Of a stretch of DNA of 64,000 nt, positions 1 to 10,544 are shown one piece after another. How positions within the stretch are numbered: position 1 is the stretch's first letter; each line of letters opens with the position of its first letter. A program made the position numbers and the translations under genes. The notes under the pieces are model-generated. The model had not been told where the DNA came from. It made no database searches and saw only the letters and a program-made list of their open reading frames with translations. Origin of the DNA: Picochlorum sp. SENEW3 (lineage: Eukaryota); the NCBI GenBank assembly GCA_034226945.1, contig CP120454.1:1054001-1118000 (forward strand). Direction: 5' to 3'.

Positions 1-367
1 TGAGAGTGATGATGAAGATGACGAGAGTGATGAGGAAGACGAGAGTGACAGCGATGAGGAAGAAAAGGAAGCCATGAAGAAGAGGGCTGGAAAACTGTTG
101 ACGCCGCAGCCAAGCAAGAAGACTAAAGTGGACAATGCTCCAGCCACTGCACCAAGCAAAGTCAGCACGAAAAAAGCTCCCACAAATGAGCAAGAATACA
201 CCAAAGCTTTGAAAGAATACTTGAAAGAAAATGGTCCATCCAAACTCGCCACACTGGGATCATCTATTAAGAGACCTCCAGCTGTGCCAAAACTCAAGAG
301 ATTCCTGTCAACCCATGCTAGTGATTTTGTCTACAACCAGAAAAATGATACTGTATCCCTTGCGTGA
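1..367 (+). CDS. 3' part of a nuclear protein with an acidic tract, a basic region and a small C-terminal domain (nucleoplasmin/HD2-like architecture); 5'-truncated
   Basis: Frame open from nt 2: ESDDEDDESDEEDESDSDEEEKEA runs in frame into the 74..367 ORF (KKRAGK...KKTK, NLS-like). Confidence 0.6.
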   Translation, partial: ESDDEDDESDEEDESDSDEEEKEAMKKRAGKLLTPQPSKKTKVDNAPATAPSKVSTKKAPTNEQEYTKALKEYLKENGPSKLATLGSSIKRPPAVPKLKRFLSTHASDFVYNQKNDTVSLA

Positions 368-644
368 TGACATGTTTTTATAGCAAGTATTTCTGGGGTA
401 TTTTTCTGCGAGCATGATTGAATGTTTCATATACTATATTATGATGGATTGCAATTAGCACATGTAATGCCTCTCATATATGTATATAAAGAGCCAAGTG
501 GTGCACTGTATTTGATTGATTCCACATATACATGTGTGAAGCCATAGATCTGGCAAGATCTACAATTCATGAATCATGGTGAAACTTCCATTCAAAGTCA
601 TGAGGCGATACTTTATAAACTAAAAAAAGTAAGAATCAAAGACA

Positions 645-2366
645 ATGACTGCGAGTGAAGAGAAAAATGAGGAGGAGAAGAAGAGGACGTTTGAGGAGGT
701 TTGTGTTTGAATGCATAATACTGCTGCGTCCGTTACCTTACAGAACAAGATGAGGCATTAATTGATATCATGGTGTTCATTTATATATAGGAGAAATCGT
801 ATATTGAAAAACTAAGTTCCAATCACTACAAAATCCGCCAAGGCTTTGTGCCCAACATGCGAGTCCCTGGCATTGTCTACGTCAATGAGAACCTGGACGA
901 CTTGCTGTTTGATGAATTGAAGGCTGCTTGCGATCGCGGTGAGCATGGAGGTGGATTTTTGCCAGCAGTGAAACAGATTGCAAACGTGGCCGCGCTGCCT
1001 GGAATTGTGTCGGTATGTGACCATGCCTGCTGAGCAGCCTTTTTATTTCCCTATGAATCACATGTTCTCATCTTTACAATGCGTGCAGCATTCTGTGGCT
1101 ATGCCTGATGTTCACAGTGGATATGGTTTTGCAATCGGTAATGTTGCCGCGTTTGATATGAGCGATCCGGAGGCAGTTGTGTCACCAGGAGGGGTTGGGT
1201 TTGATATCAACTGTGGTGTTCGCCTCATTCGGACGAATTTGATGGAATCGGATGTTCTTCCGGTGAAAGAGTTGTTGGCCCAGACATTATTTGATCATAT
1301 TCCTGTTGGTGTTGGTTCTCAGGGGATTTTGCCGACGACTCGACAGGATTTGGAAGAGGTGTTGGAAATGGGCATGGATTGGTCCCTGCGAGAGGGATAC
1401 TCATGGGCAGAGGATAAAGAGCATTGCGAAGAATACGGGAGAATGTTGAATGCAGATCCTTCAAAGGTTTCTGCAAGAGCAAAAAAGCGTGGTTTGCCGC
1501 AAATGGGGACTCTTGGCGCAGGTAATCACTATGCAGAGATTCAAATTGTAGACGAGATTTTTGATCATGCAGCAGCTGAGAAGATGGGGATACATACTCT
1601 GGGACAGGTGTGCATTATGATTCACTCTGGGTCAAGAGGTCTCGGCCATCAGGTCGCAACAGACTCAATGTTTGCCATGGAAAAGAGCATGAAGAGAGAT
1701 GGCATTCAACTTAATGATAGACAACTGGCATGTGCTCGCATCACCAGCCCAGAGGGACAAGAGTATCTTGCAGCAATGGCATGTGCAGCAAATTATGCAT
1801 GGGTGAATAGATCAGCCATGACATTTTTATGTAGACAAGCGTTTGCAAAAGTATTTGAAAAGACGCCAAATGAACTAGACATGCATGTGGTCTATGATGT
1901 CAGTCACAACATTGCCAAGGTGGAAGATCACATGGTGGATGGAGAACTCAAGACATTGTTGGTACATCGGAAGGGGTCTACACGAGCTTTTCCTCCACAC
2001 CATCCTCTCATTCCAGTGGACTATCAGCTCACTGGTCAACCGGTACTAATCGGTGGAACAATGGGAACTTGTAGTTATGTGCTCACGGGAACTGAGCATG
2101 GCATGAAAGCGGCGTTTGGGTCAACCTGCCATGGAGCCGGAAGAGCGCGATCTAGAAATAATGCACGCAACAAATTAGATTATAAAGATGTTCTAGAAAA
2201 GCTTAAAGTCAAAGGAATTGCCATCCGAGTTGCATCGCCCAAGTTGGTCATGGAAGAGGCTCCAGAGAGTTACAAGGATGTGACACATGTTGTTGGAACA
2301 TGCCATGAAGCTGGTTTAAGCAAAAGGGCTGTTAAATTGAGACCAGTAGCTGTTATTAAAGGATGA
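645..2366 (+). CDS. RTCB: RNA-splicing ligase RtcB (exons 645-698, 791-1012, 1089-2366)
   Basis: Motifs [48 protein letters not shown] introns join the frames. Confidence 0.97.
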
Positions 2367-2377
2367 ATTTATTATAT

Positions 2378-3808
2378 TTACGTTTTTAATAGCTGTGTGA
2401 GGTTCCTACCACAGTTGAAATCGAGAACGTCGAATGCACGCAGCAATGCTGCCTTGTCCTGACAGCCTGCTGCAACTTGATGATATTTGACAGCAGGAAC
2501 AAGAGCGATGAGTGTCGTGTCATTTGGACGATACCCCATTTTAATATGGCATTGTAAAATAGATGCGAGAGCACCGATCCAATTCACATCATGTGCTGCT
2601 GTGGCTCGCGCATGGTTTTCTCCAACATTCCCAGGCTCCTCTTGCGTCATGGTATCCAGGGCTGATGCGGAGAGCAACCTCAATTGGTACCCCGAACTCG
2701 AAAACAAGTCTACCACTGCCAAGGATCTGTGTGAGAAAAATGTAAAGAATTCTAATACAGCTGCCACGTCTTCGATCCTAGATACAGCATTCAAATGCTT
2801 TGACTTTATTCTGCTAGCAACAAATGAAGCCACTGTATCCAGCATGCAAGGAGGATTGAGTGTGTCATCACGTGCATGCACGCTCACATATGCCATCAAA
2901 AATTGCTTCAGCTCTTTTGGGTTGAATGAACGGGCAGAAGAGTGTCTATTGGATAGTTTCCGTCTCACTTCGGCTGAGAGCGATGTCATGAATCTATTCA
3001 CTACCTTGCACCCCTCTTGAACCCCACTCTCGTGGCAAGCGACAAACAGGGCCGCAACAGAGGAGGCAAGGTCAGCAAACTCGCTTCCACCAAATGCCGA
3101 TCGCACATGAGGCTTTTCTAATCGGGATGATAGTTCGCTCAGCACGGCAGCCATGAACCGAACAACCCGTCTGTCTACCCCAACATTGGTGGACAAATTG
3201 CTACAAGACATGGTAAAATTCAACAGTTCTCGTGTGCTGTACTGATCAAACTCATCCCGCTCCAACTCACGGGTTACTATATTAACCAGCAAACGACGCC
3301 GCCAGGAATGGCCGTGATCGTGAGGTAAAACCTCCAATGTCCACACCAAGGCAGCAGAGGACACTGTCGTCAACTCCTCCAAGTGCACTTGTCCACACAG
3401 CGCAGCGACCAATTGATCGCAGTCATCGTCGATGTCAATTACCAGTTGAGACTTCTTTGCGTGATCTGCAAGATAGCATAAGATATGAAGCGATGTCTCA
3501 TTATCTAAAACATCCAGGTTTTCAGATACAAGCCCTTGTATGCTCTTGACGTCAAAGGTCTGATAGCATTGGCGTAATAAATCCCGCTGTAGCACCATTC
3601 GTTCTCCATTCGAATACATTTTAATGCTTTGGTATCGTTTCTGCAGGCTGAATCCAGGGATCCTCCCTGTCGGGGCGTAAAACCCTTTCTCAACCCCAAG
3701 TGGACTTGGGTTCCGAATGCCAACAATGGACATTCTCGTTATCATCGTCATGCGCGCAGCTACATGGTTGTTTAACTCTAATTCTATTTTATATGCTACA
3801 ATCGACAT
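2378..3808 (-). CDS. Hypothetical alpha-helical protein, probably organelle-targeted (start may be 3751)
   Basis: 476-aa ORF; Ser/Arg-rich N-terminus and Leu/Ala-rich helical body; no family recognised with certainty. Confidence 0.65.
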   Translation of the reverse strand: MSIVAYKIELELNNHVAARMTMITRMSIVGIRNPSPLGVEKGFYAPTGRIPGFSLQKRYQSIKMYSNGERMVLQRDLLRQCYQTFDVKSIQGLVSENLDVLDNETSLHILCYLADHAKKSQLVIDIDDDCDQLVAALCGQVHLEELTTVSSAALVWTLEVLPHDHGHSWRRRLLVNIVTRELERDEFDQYSTRELLNFTMSCSNLSTNVGVDRRVVRFMAAVLSELSSRLEKPHVRSAFGGSEFADLASSVAALFVACHESGVQEGCKVVNRFMTSLSAEVRRKLSNRHSSARSFNPKELKQFLMAYVSVHARDDTLNPPCMLDTVASFVASRIKSKHLNAVSRIEDVAAVLEFFTFFSHRSLAVVDLFSSSGYQLRLLSASALDTMTQEEPGNVGENHARATAAHDVNWIGALASILQCHIKMGYRPNDTTLIALVPAVKYHQVAAGCQDKAALLRAFDVLDFNCGRNLTQLLKT

Positions 3809-3888
3809 AGCTAAAGACTCTGGAATACTGCGGTATTCCGTAATAAGTATGCTTGAGTTTCGGTGCTCTCAGACATCAGCAGAAGAAA

Positions 3889-5882
3889 TCAACTTCCAGC
3901 AACACAGACAGACACTGAATCATTACCCCCAAAGATTTGATAAGTGCTCCATCCCACTATGATGGTTCTCAGGGATCCGATCGTCGCCGCAATCGCTACA
4001 AGCATCGTGAATGTAAAGATGAACCAGAGAAGTTTGCTAAACATTCCTTTGACAGGGAAGACCTTTCTGTAGCACGTGAATGGGAAGTAGATAGCGAGAG
4101 GAAAATATGTCACAGCACCAACCAGTCCAGCAAATGCGGAGAAAAAGGGCATGACACATGCCAAGAGAGTGATCAAGCCGACGTAAATCGATCGAATGAC
4201 GAGGCGGTACTGGAATGGAAGAACAAATCCTTCATCGTTCAGTGGAACTTCCTCATTCGCAAACCCAGTGTCTGCACTGTACATTCTAAACATGGACAGT
4301 CCCGATTGTCGACCATTTTGAGAGTTATCTTCAGCCGAATGCAGTCGCCACATGACACTTGACAACTCTTTCTCTGTCAACGCAGTTGACATACCAGAGG
4401 ACAATCTGGATTCAATTGGGTTCAGTTGATGATGCTCAAACCCAAGCATGTGTGTGTCATAATGATGCTGTTTCTTGCTTGGTCGAACTTGAGTAGTCTT
4501 TAGCTTCTCGAATGGCGTCATGGGAAGACCAGCCTGCTCTGATGGGGATGCTGGCTGCGACACTTCAGTCTCCTCCTCTCCTTCCTCAATTGTGTCAGGG
4601 ACGAATGCGTCCTTCTTCTTTGCTGCTCGACGCATGTTATAATACTTGATATGACTTTCCAACGTATTAAACATGGCCTGTCCGAATACTTGATATGCTG
4701 TAAACATGTGGAGCAATATGGCAATCTGTGCTAGCATGATGGCCCAGTTTGGTCCACAGAAGGAATCCAACACGATCTCCGTCACTTCATCCCCTAGTGC
4801 AGCATATCCCGCCACAGCAACAATAAAGTAGAAGAAGAAGGCTCCAGTAATAGCAATTGAACAGACTTTCTTCATAGTACGAATGGCACTGGGGGGCTGT
4901 TTCAGCGTATCCTGAATCTCTGGGAGAATCAGACTGAAATTGTACGCAAATCCAATAGCACCCAACGCATTCATGATATTGAATGCCTTGTTTGCAGAGG
5001 TTGAAGGCCTTCCCCCCACACTCCCTTCTCTGTTCCCAGCATGAACAAGAGACAAGATCATGGCAATAAAGGCATAGATGAGACTTCCTAGTGTCCCAAT
5101 AACAGACACCCACCACGCTTCTTCTAAATTCCTCACCTGACTCAAGAAGAGTTCAACCGCTCCAAAGATAAGTGTCATTTTCCATATCCCTCCACTAGAA
5201 GGACTGAAACACGATGATGAGTCCAAATCCTTTCCCTCAATCTCACACGCAATCTGCGCGATGGCCACCAGAGAGTTGGCACCCGTGATAGTATACGCAA
5301 TCGTCGTCAAAAAGATATTGAGCAGCTGGAACACGGACGCCATAATAGCAGACTTTGAGCCCAAGACATGGCTGACAAGGTGATGATACCGACTGTGCTC
5401 AATACCATTTACCTCAAACAATGATGCCAATAGAAACGAGGATAGTAAAGAAAATGCATAAAACACAATCACCAGGGTCGGTCCAGCCACCCACCCAAGC
5501 CAACTCACAGAATATGGAAGTGCCAGAACACCAGCCCCAACCACCCCACAAAAGACATGCATTGCCCCTGTGAATACATTTCCTACACACCCAAACATAT
5601 GAGCATGAGTGTCAAGCAGTGATTATCCAAGGACGATGTGTCAGAAACGCAGCGCCTCCAAGTCATCGTGAGAAGGAAAGAAAAAAAAGACAGAAAGCCA
5701 ACTAAAGTTTCCCCCTGCTGAAGGGACAGTTGCCCTCGGCGTGATCATCCAAATCGACATCTCGGACATGTCCTAAAATAATATTAAAATATATTACACG
5801 CACCAGTCTTATTGTTCGGTATCCCTTTGGAGTCATTTCGAGTGACAAACTCTCGAGCGCTGCCCTTGGAGGAGGCGTCCAT
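3889..5882 (-). CDS. Amino acid permease, AAAP/Aa_trans family, copy 1 (exons 5882-5804, 5582-3889)
   Basis: Exon 1 MDASSKGSAREFVTRNDSKGIPNNKTG is spliced to NVFTGAMH...VVGAGVLALP; also ALGAIGFAY, EIQDTLK, YFPLAIYFP and multiple TM segments. Confidence 0.92.
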
Positions 5883-6070
5883 GGTGGGGTCTAGAGGAAC
5901 AAACCGTTGCTATTACCCCTCGTATTCTATCAAACTAATTTCAAAATGTATTGCTATCCAAGAAAATAGTACTGGCAACCCTTTTCCACGATCCAAGACC
6001 TTGTCGATAATTATGGAAAGCGCACCATCCTCGATTGCTTTTGGCGTCCGAAACAATGGGACGCGGGGAT
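5798..6070. repeat. Duplicated exon 1 plus upstream region of the permease genes (other copy at 8534-8825)
   Basis: About 117 nt identical, then near-identical up to ...gggacgcggggat in both copies. Confidence 0.9.
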
Positions 6071-6625
6071 CCCATGAATGGCCATGGCCATGGCCCATGA
6101 AATTGACTTACAAGAGATCATTCAAGCAAGCTGGTATGATGCATCTTCCTCCATCTACCTCATCTTTGCTTTTGATACACATGATCGCAAGACTTTCAGA
6201 TGCTCCATATTCAGTGAACTTTTAACTTTGCAAGAACTCTTGCAGTTCTCTGTCATCACCCACACCGTCTGTAAGAGGGCTTCCCCATAGTTCACGTCTT
6301 CTCTCAGAGACAGATGCATGTGTTGTTGACTGGAACCTCTAGAGATTCTTGGTTCAAAATGATACTTACAAGGCCATTCAGGCGGATACATAGTGCCGTG
6401 TGCGACTCTGTAGAGCCACCCGAATCGTAATCAACTTTATTATGAATTCAAAGCAGAAGATTTATTATATTCATCTTGACTCGATCAAGGCATCTACGTC
6501 TGGTAAGACTTGCTGCAGCAAATGGTCCAGAGAATATGTATTTATGCAATAAAGACAAGCATGTATCCTTCTATAGGAAAACCTTAATGTACAGTTTGGG
6601 GTTCTCTGGAAGACAGTAGAAGAAA

Positions 6626-8618
6626 TCAACTTCCAGCAACACAGACAGACACTGAATCATTACCCCCAAAGATTTGATAGGTGCTCCAGCCCACAATGAT
6701 TGTTCTCACAGATCCAATCGTCGCTGCCAAGGCCACCAGAAACGTAAATGCATAGATGGACCAGAGAAGTTTGCTGAACATGCCAGTGACAGGGAAGACC
6801 TTTCTGTAGCACGTGAATGGGAAATAGATGGCGAGAGGAAAATAGGTCGCAGCACCAACCAGTCCTGCAAATGCAGAGAAGAAGGGCATGATGCATCCAA
6901 AGAGAGTGATCAAGCCGACATAAATCGATCGGATGACAAGGCGATACTGGAATGGAAGGACAAATCCCTCATCATTTAGTGGAACTTCCTCATTCGCGAA
7001 TCCAGTGTCTGCACTGTACATTCTAAACATGGACAGTCCTGATTGTCGACCATTTTGAGATTTATCTTCAGCCGAATGCAGTCGCCACATGACACTTGAC
7101 AACTCTTTCTCTGTCAACGCAGTTGATAAACTAGATGATAGCCTGGATTCAATTGGGTTGAGTTGATGATGCTCAAACCCAAGCATGTGAGTGTCATAGT
7201 GATGTTGTTTCTTGCTTGGTCGAATTTCAGCAGTCTTTCTCTTCTCGAATGGCGTGATGGGAAGACCAGCCTGCTCTGATGGAGATGTCGGCTGTGATGA
7301 CTCTTCATTCTCCTCCTCTCCCTCCTCAATAATTGTGTCAGGGACGAACGCGTCCTTCTTCTTTGCTGCTCGACGTATTGTATGATACTTGACATGACTT
7401 TCAATCGTATTAAACATGGCCTGTCCGAATACCTGGTATGCCGTCAGCATGTGCAACATAATGGCAATCTGTGCCAGCATGATGGCCCAGTTTGGCCCAC
7501 AGAAGGAATCCAACACAATCTCCGTCACTTCATCCCCTAGTGCAGAATACCCAGCTACAGCAATAATGAAATAAAAGAAGAAGGATCCAGTGATAGCAAT
7601 CGCACAGACTTTCTTCATGGTGCGAATAGCACTTGGGGGCTGTTTCAGTGTATCCTGAATCTCTGGCAGCAGCAAGCTCAAATTATACGCAAATCCAATG
7701 GCACCCAATGCGTTCAAGATATTGAATGCCTTGTTTGCAGAGGTTGACGGCCTTCCCCCCACACTACCTTCTCTGTTCCCAGCATGAACAAGAGACAAGA
7801 TCATGGCAATAAAGGCATAGATGAGACTTCCAGCTGCTCCTATGACAGACACCCACCATGCTTCTTCTAAATTCCTCACCTGACTCAAGAAGAGTTCAGC
7901 CCCTCCAAAGACAAGCGTCATTTTCCATATCCCTCCAGTAGAAGGACTGAAACACGATGATGAGCTCAAATCCTTTCCCTCAATCTCACACGCAATCTGC
8001 GCGATTGCCACCAAAGAGTTGGCGCCCGTGATAGTATACGCAATCATTGTCAAAATCATATTCACTATCTGGAATACGGACGCCACGATGGCAGCCTTTG
8101 AGCCCAAAATATGGCTGACAAGATGATGATATCGACCGTGCTCAATGTCGTTCACTTCAAACAATGATACCAATAGGAACGACGACAGCATAGAGAATGC
8201 ATAGAACAAAATCACCAAAATCGGTCCAGCCACCCATCCAAGCCAACTTACAGAGTATGGAAGTGCCAGAACACCAGCTCCAACCACCCCACAAAACATA
8301 TGCATTGATCCTGTGAATACATTTCCTACACAAATACCACACGCAGAACATCATGGGAAGTATATAGAGGATCAGGGGTAGCAAAAAAACGTAGATCCCG
8401 TCCTCCATGATCGGGCAAGGAAACGGTTTTTGCTTCCAAAAACCTCCACTTCCCCTTCGCCCAGATGATCATACCGGCACCTTCTCTACAATGCTATATA
8501 TCCTGCAACATATAACAAACATGTAGCTCTTGAACGCACCAGTCTTATTGTTCGGTATCCCTTTGGAGTCATTTCGAGTGACAAACTCTCGAGCGCTGCC
8601 CTTGGAGGAGGCGTCCAT
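6626..8618 (-). CDS. Amino acid permease, AAAP family, copy 2, tandem paralog (exons 8618-8540, 8325-6626)
   Basis: Same motifs as copy 1; same 79-nt first exon and phase-1 intron position. Confidence 0.92.
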
Positions 8619-8874
8619 GGTGGGGTCTAGAGGAACAAACCGTTGCTATTCACTCTTGAAATAACTTCAAAATGTACTACTATCCAAGAAAATAGTACTG
8701 GCAACCCTTTTCCACGATCCAAGACCTTGTCGATACTCATGGAAAGCGCACCATCGTCGATTGCTTTCATGGCGTGCTTCCGACAGTGGGTGCTTTTGGC
8801 GTCCGAAACAATGGGACGCGGGGATGTGTGTCAATCATATGATTATGGCATTTCTTACAATGAATGACTCAATG

Positions 8875-9954
8875 CTATCGTTGATACGCTCTCATTTCAA
8901 TATCATTCTGAGCACTACTGCTATTGCTATATCGAGCAATACTACTACTACTGTCTTTTCCTCCCCTGATGGCATTCCACACACTGCTATGCAAGCCTCC
9001 AGCATCCATATCTTTTGTGACATGAAGCAAGACTGTCCCACACACAATGGTCACAAAACCAGCCACTTCTGTCACCATCTCTGATGCTGTTTGCTTCTCT
9101 GGATACATAATGGTGCTTGCGACAATGGTCAGTGTCGTGAACATGACATAATACATGGGCGTGACAATGGCTGTATTGAACAGATCCAATGCCTTGTTCA
9201 AATAATTCATCTGCGTCACTACCGCAGCAATCACAATCATCAGAAACACATATGTTTGGGGGTATGCAAGCTGGTTGGAGTTGTTCAGAAATGTCATCTT
9301 CAGGGCCATGCCCAAGGCTTTGCAGCTGACCACAGAGAGCGACCCAATGATGGAACAAATGGCAACATACACAAGGACGTTGGAGGTTTGGATCTCCAGC
9401 GGAATTTTCCAAATCAAGTGATAGACGGATGCCATAGCTATACACGCGTATAATATAAACTGCGGTTGCATGGCCTGGTTCCATATCTCCACCACAGACC
9501 CAAGAGCATGTTCTTCTGGGGCGTGTAAAACCACCCCCAGGGTCCCACTTATGCACAGTATGCAGCCCAGCACACCAAACATGTTTAGCTTTTCTTTCAA
9601 AAGAATATGAGCGAGAACAGCACTGACTAGAATACTAAGAGCTCCCAACGGAGTGACTATAATAGCAGGGGCGAATGCATATGCTGCAAAATTCGCTGCT
9701 TCCCCCAGCACCATGCAGAGCAGGCCAATCCACCAGAGAGGCTCGCGCAGATACGAATACCCACCGCTTCCAGCTCTCAGCTGCCCTGCTTTTGATCCAG
9801 CTCGCTTGAGCCCTTTCTTTTTTATAATGAAACTTGCTCCTATGAAAAAGGAAGAACTCGCAGCCAGACCGATTCCAAATGGAACAGAACTGCTACTGCT
9901 GCTGTTGGACATCAACTCCCCGGCTTGGAAATTATTATTATTGTTATTATTCAT
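8875..9954 (-). CDS. NIPA-family magnesium transporter
   Basis: SSFFIGASFIIKKKGL, WWIGLLCM, NFAAYAFAPAIIVTPLGALS, QMNYLNKALDLFNTAIVTP; probable short 5' UTR intron just upstream. Confidence 0.93.
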   Translation of the reverse strand: MNNNNNNNFQAGELMSNSSSSSSVPFGIGLAASSSFFIGASFIIKKKGLKRAGSKAGQLRAGSGGYSYLREPLWWIGLLCMVLGEAANFAAYAFAPAIIVTPLGALSILVSAVLAHILLKEKLNMFGVLGCILCISGTLGVVLHAPEEHALGSVVEIWNQAMQPQFILYACIAMASVYHLIWKIPLEIQTSNVLVYVAICSIIGSLSVVSCKALGMALKMTFLNNSNQLAYPQTYVFLMIVIAAVVTQMNYLNKALDLFNTAIVTPMYYVMFTTLTIVASTIMYPEKQTASEMVTEVAGFVTIVCGTVLLHVTKDMDAGGLHSSVWNAIRGGKDSSSSIARYSNSSSAQNDIEMRAYQR

Positions 9955-10544
9955 GAAGTATTTATACTCTATACTGTAATACATGCATCATCCAGGTGAT
10001 CATGGTGGTACCTGTCGACCGTTGAGGCCTCTTTTTTTTTTTCCTTCTTCTTCTTTCTCTTCTTTGTCGGTTTCTCTGTGTACGCGACAAGAAAAAGAGG
10101 TTATTATTGCAATAATAAATGATTGTGTGTGTATTTAGAATGTGGTACTTTGGAATCAAGAGATTGCAACCACCTTTGGCACGAGAGAGAGAGAGAGATC
10201 TTACTATACCTTGAGATCTGTTTCAAATGTTGTTAAACAAGGAAAAGGGAACAAGGGACCTCCAAGAAGACGTGACCGGTGGAGATGAGAGACGGCAGCA
10301 TAGTCAACAACGGACAGACTAATATACTCTTACAGTCATATTGAATGCCAAGGTATGTATATCGTACAGTACATTGATTCCCTGTGAGAGAAAGACATGT
10401 CTCACAAGTGGTGCCTCGCATGGGCACCTGTGCTGTGTGTCTTCTGAAGGAGTTGATTCCGTGTGTGATGCTCTGATTATATTTCAAATATACGTATAAT
10501 ACATTGTGCAGGATCATTTGGCCAATTTCTATCAGTCGGTGGAA

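Noticed and set aside
5812..6225. Similar + strand ORFs at 5812 and 8643
   Set aside because: Explained by the antisense of the duplicated permease exon 1 and promoter.
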